Source: Candidatus Latescibacterota bacterium
Lineage (GTDB): Bacteria; Latescibacterota; CBDEFO01
Reading direction: 5' to 3'
Length of the DNA stretch: 64,000 nt
Assembly (NCBI GenBank): GCA_965248755.1
Contig: OZ252149.1
Location: forward strand, 4,288,001 to 4,352,000
Part shown: piece by piece, positions 20,907-31,082 of the stretch
Layout: the number at the start of each line of letters is the position of its first letter
How positions within the stretch are numbered: the stretch's first letter is position 1
Made by a program: the position numbers and the translations under genes
The notes under the pieces: model-generated
Told to the model about the DNA's origin: nothing
What the model saw: the letters and a program-made list of their open reading frames with translations, nothing else
The model's database searches: none

Positions 20907-22091
20907 TCACTTGCCTGCTTTTTTCTTCCCCTTTTTAAAGAAATTGAGTTTTTTCTTCTCCTCCTCCGATATAGCTGGTCTTATAGACCATATCATCTGC
21001 TGAGCGTGCTCTCTCCATGTGGAGTCGTTCAAAGCTGATGTGAACTCCCGTATTGCCTCATCCTCCTTGCCTTTTTCCAGATAATATTCCCCGTTGAGTA
21101 CCCTCAAGTGGCCATTTTGTGGGTCAATGGACAAGCCCATATTGATCCGGGCTTCGGCGCTTTCCATGTCTCCAGACTTGAGACTTCCTTCCGCCAGTTG
21201 AATAATGGAGGAAATATCGTGGGGCCTTATGCGCACCATCCCTTCCAATGCAAATATGGCATCCTCATCTTTTCCTAACTTCTGGGCGATCGAGCGTATC
21301 TTGGAAAATGTCGCATAGCTTGTCGAATCTATCTTTGCAATAGTTTTATATGACTCTAAGGCATCTTCATAGTAACCCATCTTGGACTGAAGACCCGCCA
21401 ATTTGGTCAAGACTGTCATATTTTGGGGATTTAGTCGTAAGAGCTCTTTATAGGTTCTGATAGCTTCATCGTCCAAGGCGAGATAGACGCAAAGTTGGCC
21501 TATACGATTTAACATAGTACTATCCTTTTCCACAAGTTTGGACAATTTCCGCAGGTACGCTAACTCATCCAGGTGTAGGCCTTTATAGCGGTATAGGCCG
21601 GACAAGGTCCTCAAAACAGGTTCCTGCTCCGGTTCTATAGCAAGTATCGTTTCATATTCTCTTATAGCCGAATCGTACTGAGCATCTACATGGTAGATAT
21701 TAGCAAGCATAAGATGCGCGTTAATATGCGTGGAATCTGCCTTTATCGCCTCAAGATATGCGGCTTTTGCAGCGTCGGTGTTCCCTTTTACCTTATGGTA
21801 GATACTTCCCAGGGCGTAGTGAGCTTTGGCATTATGGGGATTAAAGGATAAAGATTTTCTGTATTGCTGTATCGCGTCATCGTACATCTTATTTTGATCG
21901 TACTGCACGGCAAAGCTATAGTGTTTCCTCGCCTCAAGTACAGATACCGAATCGACATCAGCCGACCTTGCAAAAGTGGTGCTATCTGGCGTGTTTGCTG
22001 ACGGAGTGGTCGCACCACCCCAAGAGGGTTCGGCAGACAACATAAAGGACGAAAAGAGTATTAAGAGTGAAATGACCAATTTCTTATCCAT
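20907..22091 (-). CDS. Secreted tetratricopeptide-repeat protein
   Basis: Signal peptide from ATG 22091 (MDKKLVISLL); multiple TPR units. Confidence 0.85.
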   Translation of the reverse strand: MDKKLVISLLILFSSFMLSAEPSWGGATTPSANTPDSTTFARSADVDSVSVLEARKHYSFAVQYDQNKMYDDAIQQYRKSLSFNPHNAKAHYALGSIYHKVKGNTDAAKAAYLEAIKADSTHINAHLMLANIYHVDAQYDSAIREYETILAIEPEQEPVLRTLSGLYRYKGLHLDELAYLRKLSKLVEKDSTMLNRIGQLCVYLALDDEAIRTYKELLRLNPQNMTVLTKLAGLQSKMGYYEDALESYKTIAKIDSTSYATFSKIRSIAQKLGKDEDAIFALEGMVRIRPHDISSIIQLAEGSLKSGDMESAEARINMGLSIDPQNGHLRVLNGEYYLEKGKEDEAIREFTSALNDSTWREHAQQMIWSIRPAISEEEKKKLNFFKKGKKKAGK

Positions 22092-22332
22092 CAAAATATA
22101 GTAACTTACTGATGGGGACTTCGGGCTTATCAAAAATAAATCCGATTACCCCATAAAGTCAAGATATATCGGGATAGATAGAAACATAGGTAATAGTGAA
22201 GTAGTAAGGAGGGAGAAAGGCAGATGCGCTGAATTCACAGAAGGTAAAAGTCTATCGGAAGATTCTTAAATTGTCAACTTTAGAGCGCGATTCATCACTG
22301 AGATTCTGTAACAGGGGAGTCGCCTCTATATC

Positions 22333-23678
22333 GGGTCTGTCAGTTTTTTTGTGTAAATGGGATTTTCTTCTGTACCCTTTTCGGCTTATTCTATACCAAA
22401 TCTCCCCTCGAAGTGGATGGAGAATTGGTGAATGGCCAAGCTCCAGTTCCTGATCGGCATCGTCCATTTTTTCTTGATATTCTTGAGTGTCATATAGAGT
22501 AACTTAATCGCTGTCTCGTCGTTTGGGAAGCTATTTCTGTTCTTTATTACTTTCCGTAGAGAGTTATTAAGCGATTCGATGGCGTTTGTGGTATAGATCA
22601 CCCTTCGGATCTCTTCAGAGTAGGCGAAAAACGGGATGATCCGAGACCAGTTATTCTGCCACGATTTACTTATCATCGGATAACGGCTGTCCCAAGCCTC
22701 CTGAAAATCTCCAAGGGCCTCTTCAGCCTGTTCTACCGTGGGGGCTCGGTATATATTCTTGAGGTCGGCGGCAATCTTCTTACGATCCCTATACGACACG
22801 AACTTCAAGGAATTCCTCACCACATGGACAATACAGAGCTGGACCTCTGCTTGGGGAAATACGGATTCAATAGCCTCTGGAAGACCCTGGAGACCATCCA
22901 CGCAAGCTATCAACACATCGTTCATCCCCCGATTCTTAAGCTCCGTGAAAACTTGCAGCCAGAACTTCGCCCCCTCGCTCTTTGCAATCCAGATACCCAA
23001 AACGTCTTTCATCCCATCCAGACCGACCCCTACCGCAAGATACACCGCCTTGTTTACGATCCGGCCTTCGTCTCTAATCTTCATCACCAGAGAATCAAAG
23101 AATACTATGGGATACACCCCTTCCAAAGGACGATCCTGCCACTGCTTCACCTCTGATATGATCCCATCGGTCACAGTCGATATCAAATCAGGGGCACCTC
23201 TACACCGTATATCTCCTCCAAATGAGCCTGTATATCACGTGTGGTCATCCCTCGGGCATACATAGACAGTATCTTATCATCAAAACCTGTAAATCGCCTC
23301 TGCCCCTTCCTCACTATCTGCGGATCAAACTGACTGTTCCGATCCCGTGGCACCGATATCTCCAGATCACCATAATCTGTCTTCAATCCCTTTGTGCTCC
23401 TACCGTTGCGCGAATTACCGCTGTTCCTCCCTTCTGGAGAACTCTTATCGTAGCCTAACTCATACGTAAGCTCTGACTCCAGAGCCCGCTCAAGAATCGC
23501 CTTCGTCAACTGCTTCAAAAGACCTTCCTAACCAATTATGTCTTCCGGCTTCTTGTAATCCTTCAAAAGCTCATCAATCAACTTCGGGTCTAGCTTGTCC
23601 ATGTAAGAACTCCTTATGTAAATGGTGGACAACTAATATAACTCATTTCCCCATTTACACAAATTTCCTTACACACCC
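22333..23678 (-). mobile_element. IS256-family element, copy 1 (transposase inactivated)
   Basis: Imperfect terminal IRs GGGTCTGTCAG..GTGTAAATGG / CCATTTACAC..ACACCC; 8-bp TSD TCTATATC (22325-22332 and 23679-23686); 1-bp deletion near 23194 and GAG>TAG at 23528-23530 relative to copy 2. Confidence 0.95.
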
Positions 23679-23679
23679 T

Positions 23680-24687
23680 CTATATCTCCCCTTCAATCTC
23701 CTTTCTCATTAAAGAGCAGAAACTGATCGCCCTCTTCAGACATCCCTCAGCCTTCTTTTGATCTACCTTGTTCTCTTTCTCAAGCATGTCCCTCTTTTGG
23801 GGCAACCATACATTTTCCAGATAGTCCATCTGCTCGTTCAGATTCGGGTCGTCCGCGCAGCTTATGAAGTAGTCGATGATCCCCAACAGTCCAAATTTCA
23901 AGCTTACAGAATATGATTTCGTCTCCTCATCCAAATCTAGGCAGATGTTTTTGCTTCTGTTCTGCCGTGCCGTTGCCAGTTTCCCGGCAGAAACGGTCAA
24001 AAGTGTATTTACAAAACTGTCCTTGTTCTGTACCCAGTCCGCCAGCCCCTCTACGTAGTCCAGAAGGTCCACCTTTTCGCCTCTAGAGATAACCGAGTAG
24101 GCTCGTATCTGCACGTTTCTGAAGAACGCCACGAGTCCAATGTTGGCGTCTATAGTGTCAGCATCGTACAGTATCCTCTTCTCCAGGGAGGAATATTCTC
24201 TCTCCACATCGCTTGGGCTTAATCTACTGGACTTGAGGTGGCCTACGATAATATCTGCTATCTTCTGACAGAACGTTTCGGGGAAATTCCTCATCCTTAA
24301 TATCTCTTCTGAGATGAAAGCACCAGATACATTATGTATTTCTCCGAACAGATTGTACTTCTCGTATAGTTGAGTTACAATATTGTTTCCTGTGGGCAGC
24401 AGAGAATCGTTCAGCCAGAAACCATGCTCATTTAGAAGCCTGTTTCCGTTTTCATCCATGCTAACAGGACCGTCGTATCTTTTTGTAATATCGTGGAGCG
24501 TAGCTGCATATTTCAACTGATCTATGTCTCCACCTTCATCTTCACCCAAGGATACGCTCAGGTTCCTTACTCTCATCGTATGATTGAAGTAATAGTGTCT
24601 CCACAAAAAGCCCACCCGCTTTTCGTCCCACAGATTGAAAGTGGACCCTACAAGATCTTCTAACTCCTTCAATCTATTGTCTTCCAT
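23680..24687 (-). CDS. HD-domain metal-dependent phosphohydrolase
   Basis: NHTMRV, ATLHDITK, GH, LYDADTID. Confidence 0.85.
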   Translation of the reverse strand: MEDNRLKELEDLVGSTFNLWDEKRVGFLWRHYYFNHTMRVRNLSVSLGEDEGGDIDQLKYAATLHDITKRYDGPVSMDENGNRLLNEHGFWLNDSLLPTGNNIVTQLYEKYNLFGEIHNVSGAFISEEILRMRNFPETFCQKIADIIVGHLKSSRLSPSDVEREYSSLEKRILYDADTIDANIGLVAFFRNVQIRAYSVISRGEKVDLLDYVEGLADWVQNKDSFVNTLLTVSAGKLATARQNRSKNICLDLDEETKSYSVSLKFGLLGIIDYFISCADDPNLNEQMDYLENVWLPQKRDMLEKENKVDQKKAEGCLKRAISFCSLMRKEIEGEI

Positions 24688-25118
24688 TCTTTTCTCCTGA
24701 AAGTATAGAACAAAGAGTCTAAAGTTGCCTTTCTTCTCCCCGTTTCAAAAGATATTCCTGAATATACGGAAAAGTTCCCAAGGCTGCAACAAGGGTTTCC
24801 CGCATCTAGAAGAATAAAGATACATGGTATCCACCCACACGGGACGCTCTTGCCTGTTGGGCGTAATCAGATGTTGACTGTGGAAGGTTACCTCTTGCCG
24901 TGAGAAGATCTCCAACAAGATGGTGCGGATGGGCTTCTTGGCGTTAGACCACTATGGAGTGGATCATCCCATGGATAGGGTCAGGTAGTTCCTATTGAGC
25001 CATCGCACACCAAACAGAGATATTCGAAGGCTTTGCCCTGGAATTTCCTGTCACCACCTATGTCTAAGACCAAAGGAGTATTCCACTTGGCTGTTTTCCT
25101 CAGTTTTGCGCGAGGGAC

Positions 25119-25147
25119 TTGACAAGATCTCACAAATTTGCTATCTT
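25119..25147 (+). promoter_or_regulatory. sigma70 promoter for tRNA-Arg
   Basis: TTGACA-17bp-TATCTT. Confidence 0.7.
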
Positions 25148-25173
25148 TACAACGATTAGGGGTAAGATCTTGC

Positions 25174-25251
25174 GCGCCCATGGCTCAATTTGGATAGAGC
25201 ATCTGACTACGGATCAGAAGGTTGGGGGTTCGAGTCCCTCTGGGCGTGCCA
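25174..25251 (+). tRNA. tRNA-Arg(ACG)
   Basis: Acceptor GCGCCCA/TGGGCGT, anticodon arm TCTGA-CTACGGA-TCAGA, GGTTCGAGTCC T-loop, encoded CCA. Confidence 0.97.
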
Positions 25252-25256
25252 GAAAA

Positions 25257-25294
25257 AACAACGGGTTACGACAATTAGATCGTAGCCCGTTGTT
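25257..25294 (+). terminator. Hairpin downstream of tRNA-Arg
   Basis: AACAACGGGTTACGA / TCGTAGCCCGTTGTT stem. Confidence 0.55.
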
Positions 25295-25631
25295 CGTTTG
25301 GTGACATATTGGTGACAGAAAGCGGGCTGGTGACAGCTGAAAAGAGCCTGGTAACTCTTCTATGTACACGTCAGTAACAAATCATAATATTGACGGAATC
25401 TATTCCATAGCGGCTTCGGAGGAAAAAAGGCAGTTGATGCAAATACACATCAACGAACTCATCTGGACGTTCGCTGAAGTGAAGCCACGTTGAGCCACCA
25501 CCTTCAGCGTGGCTCAACATAGGTACTCCGCAGAGCGGAGCTTCAAACCCCATGCTTGGGTGCTATCCCCTACACCCCCCGAGATTGCATTCATTCGCAC
25601 TTACGCGCGATGGTATTCTGTCATAACTTTT

Positions 25632-26055
25632 GGTTCTTCTCCAAAAAGTGTAGTTATTGACGGAAGTAGTTTTTTGAGAATTTAATATTGAAAGGCATCT
25701 GTCTGTTCCTGTATAGTTTATAGTAGTAAGAACAAACAAATACAGGAGGGGGACAGGATGCCTAGTGACATGAGAGCATAATGGCTTAACCTGCCGAAAG
25801 TAAGAGTTAATCGCGTAACGATCCATAGTGACAGCACCGAAATTTATGTGGATCGAGATGCTCTCTTCGACTTTACTTGCTCTGGCTGTGGCCAGACATC
25901 CTTCTGGAGTTGGGATTGTCGGCAATTCAGGATTAGGGATCTGTCAGTTTTTGAATTTAAGGCCTACCTGATCATAGATAAATATCGCACCAATTGTCCA
26001 ATCTGCGGGGTGAAGATTGAAGGACTTGACTTTGTTGATTCTTATTACCGATGCA
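25632..26055 (+). mobile_element. ISL3-family remnant (left end and transposase N-terminus)
   Basis: GGTTCTTC end; ATG 25758 with in-frame TAA 25779; CSGCG...IRDL...CPICG zinc finger. Confidence 0.75.
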
Positions 26056-26409
26056 CTGCCGAACAATGGATTAAGGTAGGCAAATATGCTCTGAACTGGG
26101 TCCGGCTATCATGCCAGCGTCCCCGATTGTGATCCCCTATTGAATCTATAGGGGAGCGGGGATCAGGTGAGGCTCTGGTTATTTGTTCTGGCCAATAATC
26201 TTGGAAACTTTCTGAGGCGGTTGGTTCTTCCAGGGATAATCAAATACCGCTCTCTTGGCAGCCTCCTTGTGAAATTGATCAAGATTGGCGCGCAGATTGT
26301 CAGGCACAGCAGATACATCACGTTTCAGATGGTTGAGGTTGGGATAGACATGAGGTTATTTGCCGAAATATTATCCCGGATTGAACGATTGCGATGTTAC
26401 TCTGTTTAG
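26056..26409 (+). mobile_element. IS1380-family transposase C-terminal remnant
   Basis: AEQWIK.GK..LNW.RLSC, QVRL.LFVLA.NLGNFLRRL, KLIKIGA.IVRHSRY; interrupted by a palindromic insert at 26120-26162. Confidence 0.8.
26120..26162. repeat. Nested TCCCC-GATTGAATCTAT-GGGGA palindromic micro-element
   Basis: Inner copy 26133-26155 inside a degenerate outer copy. Confidence 0.7.
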
Positions 26410-26576
26410 AAGCCTTGTGAAATAGTTATCTTGTAGGCAGCGTCTGAAACGTCTATTATGGGTCAAACAGTAGCATATCGTATCGTTTTGCTATGGAATA
26501 AGCAAAATAGTCTCATCAGAGTTCTGGTCAGCAAGGAATAGAAGCTGTTTGAAGAACAGGATGCACTGTCTTTGAA

Positions 26577-27923
26577 GGGTCTGTCAGTTTTTTTGTGTAA
26601 ATGGGATTTTCTTCTGTACCCTTTTCGGCTTATTCTATACCAAATCTCCCCTCGAAGTGGATGGAGAATTGGTGAATGGCCAAGCTCCAGTTCCTGATCG
26701 GCATCGTCCATTTTTTCTTGATATTCTTGAGTGTCATATAGAGTAACTTAATCGCTGTCTCGTCGTTTGGGAAGCTATTTCTGTTCTTTATTACTTTCCG
26801 TAGAGAGTTATTAAGCGATTCGATGGCGTTTGTGGTATAGATCACCCTTCGGATCTCTTCAGAGTAGGCGAAAAACGGGATGATCCGAGACCAGTTATTC
26901 TGCCACGATTTACTTATCATCGGATAACGGCTGTCCCAAGCCTCCTGAAAATCTCCAAGGGCCTCTTCAGCCTGTTCTACCGTGGGGGCTCGGTATATAT
27001 TCTTGAGGTCGGCGGCAATCTTCTTACGATCCCTATACGACACGAACTTCAAGGAATTCCTCACCACATGGACAATACAGAGCTGGACCTCTGCTTGGGG
27101 AAATACGGATTCAATAGCCTCTGGAAGACCCTGGAGACCATCCACGCAAGCTATCAACACATCGTTCATCCCCTGATTCTTAAGCTCCGTGAAAACTTGC
27201 AGCCAGAACTTCGCCCCCTCGCTCTTTGCAATCCAGATACCCAAAACGTCTTTCATCCCATCCAGACCGACCCCTACCGCAAGATACACCGCCTTGTTTA
27301 CGATCCGGCCTTCGTCTCTAATCTTCATCACCAGAGAATCAAAGAATACTATGGGATACACCCCTTCCAAAGGACGATCCTGCCACTGCTTCACCTCTGA
27401 TATGATCCCATCGGTCACAGTCGATATCAAATCAGGGGACACCTCTACACCGTATATCTCCTCCAAATGAGCCTGTATATCACGTGTGGTCATCCCTCGG
27501 GCATACATAGACAGTATCTTATCATCAAAACCTGTAAATCGCCTCTGCCCCTTCCTCACTATCTGCGGATCAAACTGACTGTTCCGATCCCGTGGCACCG
27601 ATATCTCCAGATCACCATAATCTGTCTTCAATCCCTTTGTGCTCCTACCGTTGCGCGAATTACCGCTGTTCCTCCCTTCTGGAGAACTCTTATCGTAGCC
27701 TAACTCATACGTAAGCTCTGACTCCAGAGCCCGCTCAAGAATCGCCTTCGTCAACTGCTTCAAAAGACCTTCCTCACCAATTATGTCTTCCGGCTTCTTG
27801 TAGTCCTTCAAAAGCTCATCAATCAACTTCGGGTCTAGCTTGTCCATGTAAGAACTCCTTATGTAAATGGTGGCCAACTAATATAACTCATTTCCCCATT
27901 TACACAAATTTCCTTACACACCC
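26577..27923 (-). mobile_element. IS256-family element, copy 2 (intact)
   Basis: Same IRs as copy 1; flanks (TCTTTGAA / ACGAAATC) do not form a TSD. Confidence 0.95.
26630..27877 (-). CDS. IS256-family (Mutator) DDE transposase
   Basis: RNGRSTK, VPRDRNS.F.P, QLCIVH, YTTNAIES; true start may be the MDKLDP ATG. Confidence 0.95.
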   Translation of the reverse strand: MATIYIRSSYMDKLDPKLIDELLKDYKKPEDIIGEEGLLKQLTKAILERALESELTYELGYDKSSPEGRNSGNSRNGRSTKGLKTDYGDLEISVPRDRNSQFDPQIVRKGQRRFTGFDDKILSMYARGMTTRDIQAHLEEIYGVEVSPDLISTVTDGIISEVKQWQDRPLEGVYPIVFFDSLVMKIRDEGRIVNKAVYLAVGVGLDGMKDVLGIWIAKSEGAKFWLQVFTELKNQGMNDVLIACVDGLQGLPEAIESVFPQAEVQLCIVHVVRNSLKFVSYRDRKKIAADLKNIYRAPTVEQAEEALGDFQEAWDSRYPMISKSWQNNWSRIIPFFAYSEEIRRVIYTTNAIESLNNSLRKVIKNRNSFPNDETAIKLLYMTLKNIKKKWTMPIRNWSLAIHQFSIHFEGRFGIE

Positions 27924-27938
27924 ACGAAATCGGACGGG

Positions 27939-28782
27939 TTAAGCAAGTTTTTTGCAATTTTGTGCTTCATACTGTGCCTCGAATTCTCCAGGCGTCAGAT
28001 AACCAAGTGCTGAGTGGATACGCTGATCATTGTAAACCACATCCAGAAAGTGACTCAAATGCACCAAAGCGTCCTCAAAATGCACGTATTCTTGCTGCCA
28101 TACTTCCTCATCCTTCAGATGACCAATCGCGCTTTCTACAAACGGGTTCTCCCAAGCTTTGGCCTCAGATGCCATGCTTATCTCGGCACTTACTTCCCCA
28201 AGCATCTTACGGTAGCCAGCCGCCGTGTATTGAGACCCCCGATCCGAATGGTGTATCTCCGGTCGGTGTCCTTTCTTGAATGCTTTGGAAAGTGCTTCTT
28301 GGGGCAAGGCACAAGACAGACTACGACTCAAAGCCCAACCCCGTATCATACGGGTAAAGATAGCTAAAAGCAGAGCAAGATAAAGCATAGAACCGTTTGC
28401 CAAGAAAATGTAGGTGATGTCCGCACACCATACCTGGTCAGGGCGTTCGATCTTAAGACCCTTCAACAGATTCGGGAAAGGAGGCTCGTGGGTCTTGCTT
28501 TTGGTCGTTAGGACTTTGCGCCGCCTGGGCTTAACCGACAAACTCATCTCTTTCATCAACCGTAGAACCCTTTTATGGTTCACCCGGTATTGTCCCCTAT
28601 GGAGCATCGGGGTTCACCCTCCGATACCCGTAATGAGAATGGTGTAAACAGACGCTCTCAATTGCCTTTCGCAGTCCCTGGTCATCTGAAGCCTGACAAG
28701 TGTAATAAAAACTGCTGCGTGCTAAACCTATTACGTCACATAATAAACCGATATCAAACTCATTCGCCACTTGACGGACCAA
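27939..28782 (-). pseudogene. IS3-family transposase OrfB, frameshifted
   Basis: Integrase-core motifs split across two frames. Confidence 0.85.
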
Positions 28783-29089
28783 CTCCTTCTTCTGGGCTAC
28801 CGAAAGGCGAAGTAGCCGGAGAGTGTTTTGAGGCTTCTAACTCCAAGGTCAAACGCCCTACAAGATGCTCTAACTCTCTAATGCGTTGCGCCTCAGCATT
28901 GTCCTGTTGGGAGTCGATCTCAAATATCTTGGGAGCTCGATCATCAAATTGCTGCCGCCAGCGGGTCAACAACGATTCACTCAAATTGTGTTCCCGGCAG
29001 ATCTGAGCAGGACTCTTACGACCACTTAACACATCCAATACACACTCAAGCTTGAACTCAGGTGTAAAGATACGACGTTTAGATGACAT
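28760..29089 (-). CDS. IS3-family transposase OrfA
   Basis: RRIFTPEFKLECV HTH and a leucine-zipper-like RIRELEHLVGRLTLEL. Confidence 0.9.
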   Translation of the reverse strand: MSSKRRIFTPEFKLECVLDVLSGRKSPAQICREHNLSESLLTRWRQQFDDRAPKIFEIDSQQDNAEAQRIRELEHLVGRLTLELEASKHSPATSPFGSPEEGVGPSSGE

Positions 29090-29541
29090 GGCAACCCCCT
29101 TGGGGACTCTTTTTAAACTCTTACATGATTATAAAACTTGCTAAGCCATTTGTCCAGTTTTTGGGGTTCACGTAATACTTATTGCTTGCGTTAAATATTC
29201 ATATTGATTCTCATTGCGAAAGACCTGCCTTATATAAGGGATACTGTATCAGGCATTACTGGCAGGTCAAGCGGTATGGAAGGCTAATCCCTGAGAGCGA
29301 AAGAGAGGTAGATCGGAGCAAAAGAAGGGAGGAGAGGAGCTAATGGCAGGAATAATTGCGTTTGACAACACTTTTTCAGACAACAGGAACAGATATCAGA
29401 TTGTCTTTTTAAGAAGCTATGGCCAGTTTTTGTGCTACTACTATGCTACTATTTAGGGACAATAAGGACAAATATTGGTATTTAATGAACACTAATGTGA
29501 AAAAGAAATTCCCGATAACTTATTGACTATGAGGAACTTAT

Positions 29542-29617
29542 TGGTGAGCCCGGCAGGAATCGAACCTGCGACCAACGGCTTAAAAGGCCGCTGCTCTACC
29601 GACTGAGCTACGGGCCC
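29542..29617 (-). tRNA. tRNA-Lys(TTT)
   Basis: Minus strand GGGCCCGTAGCTCAGTCGGTAGAGCAGCGGCCTTTTAAGCCGTTGGTCGCAGGTTCGATTCCTGCCGGGCTCACCA. Confidence 0.97.
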
Positions 29618-29624
29618 AACGTCT

Positions 29625-30683
29625 CTACATTTTGCCTTCGCGAAATGCGGTTATGTATTCCATACAAAATTCGTCTGCCCCGACAAGAGCGTTGTATGCT
29701 AACTGGTATTGTGTAGATTGAGTGTCAATATTAGAGATACTTTCAGATTTGATCTGTAACGGATCTATTATCCCGCTGTCGCACCCGGCTTCTACAGACA
29801 GATGGATAAATACTTCGTTTAAGAGCCTCCGGTTGGGCATTCCAAAAGAGACGTTGCTAAATCCTCCTGTAATATGAATCTCAGCGCCGTAGAGGTCTCT
29901 TACCTGTTTGACTGCATCCAGGAAAAACCTCCCGTATCGAGAATCTACGCCTATTGGGAAGACCAAAAGGTCAACGAACACATCGTTGTAGGAGATGCTG
30001 AAGCGTTCGACAATTTCCATCAGCCTCTTTACGTTTTCTACTCTCTCTTTATCATCGTCTGGCATTTTAGTTTCACCGAAGGCGGTAGCTATAATCTGGC
30101 AGTTTTTCTCCTTTGCTAATTCTACCATGTCGGGACGTTCCAGAGATGCGGAGTTGAGGATAGGCTCTCCTTTGGAGTAATCATAGATCTCAAGACCTGA
30201 TTTGATATTGTCCGTTGCGGAGGAATCTATGCTCAGGGGCAAATCTACGTGTTGTTGGATTGTCGGTACTATCCACTCCATAGCCTGAGTCTGGACCTGG
30301 GGATTCGGTGCTATCTCATCTACATTTACGTCCAAGTAGTGTGCACCAGCCTCTACTTGTCTTCTGGCTGCGTAAAGGATATACTCCCGGGCTTCCTCCT
30401 GACCGTCTTTCTTTACTGATATTCCCTTGTCAACGGCGATCCTAATGTGCTTTATCTCATTTCGTTGATACTCCTGCGTTTCCTTGTAACTTTCAGGGAT
30501 TGTCAAGTATCTGATATTCCCTCCAGAATCGGTGAACTTGATAGCGTCAGTGCCGTCTTCCAGCGCTTTGACTCTCCTGCCATCCCTTCTGTAAACTCTG
30601 GTTGTATGTATGTTTTCGCCTATTATGATCAGATCACACGGCACTTTTGGATCTCCTGTGTTAACCCGGAATTGGCACGTCAA
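29625..30683 (-). CDS. Pterin-binding methyltransferase (AcsE / MetH pterin domain-like)
   Basis: IIGENI, GAHYLDVNVD, LSIDS, ILNSAS, GGFSNVSFGMPNR. Confidence 0.85.
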   Translation of the reverse strand: MTCQFRVNTGDPKVPCDLIIIGENIHTTRVYRRDGRRVKALEDGTDAIKFTDSGGNIRYLTIPESYKETQEYQRNEIKHIRIAVDKGISVKKDGQEEAREYILYAARRQVEAGAHYLDVNVDEIAPNPQVQTQAMEWIVPTIQQHVDLPLSIDSSATDNIKSGLEIYDYSKGEPILNSASLERPDMVELAKEKNCQIIATAFGETKMPDDDKERVENVKRLMEIVERFSISYNDVFVDLLVFPIGVDSRYGRFFLDAVKQVRDLYGAEIHITGGFSNVSFGMPNRRLLNEVFIHLSVEAGCDSGIIDPLQIKSESISNIDTQSTQYQLAYNALVGADEFCMEYITAFREGKM

Positions 30684-30782
30684 TTGGGCAAGAGAGAGGG
30701 CTTATCTTAAATATTAAACATGAACTAAAACTTCGGGAACGTCAAAATATAGGTGTTACAATTTTATGCCCTTTCCCTCTAC

Positions 30783-31082
30783 TTAGTTCTGTATAAAGCT
30801 CACGAATTTTGTAAAGTCGTCTAAGTTGTTGTGCAGGAATCTGTACACATCCTTTATGTCAATCTCAGCGTATTCGTTCACCAATTTATTTCTGAACCCC
30901 CCGATGCCCGGAATAGCTCCTGCGAAATCTTGAGGGAGCACCCCAATTCGGCGCAATTTCTCTGTAACCTTGCTGTATTCTTCGCATCTGATAAGGGCCT
31001 CTGCTGAAAGGATGTGGCTTCCGATCTCTAGAACGTAGTGGATAGCTATCTGAAGACCATGCTCCCTTGCCCAGAGGATCTC
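30783..31082 (-). pseudogene. HepT/DUF86-like HEPN ribonuclease remnant
   Basis: Not in the ORF track: EHGLQIAI..VLEIGSHI...GFRNKLVNEYAEID..VY; no start codon; RxxxxH His replaced by Asn. Confidence 0.75.

Larger units (their letters stand above)
27924..29175 (-). mobile_element. IS3-family element, OrfB frameshifted and right IR truncated by IS256
   Basis: Left IR ..GTGAACCCCAAAAACTGGACA..CTTAGCAAGTTTT; partial right IR at 27924-27953; OrfA 28760-29089; OrfB split near 28610 (YGYRRV / MLHR..NHKRV), WCADITY, HHSDRGSQY. Confidence 0.9.

Noticed and set aside
24720..25000. Possible gene remnant or riboswitch upstream of the HD gene
   Set aside because: No motif or conserved RNA structure I could recognise
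22333..27923. Composite transposon bounded by the two IS256 copies, carrying the HD gene and tRNA-Arg
   Set aside because: Copy 1 has its own TSD on both sides and the outer flanks do not match
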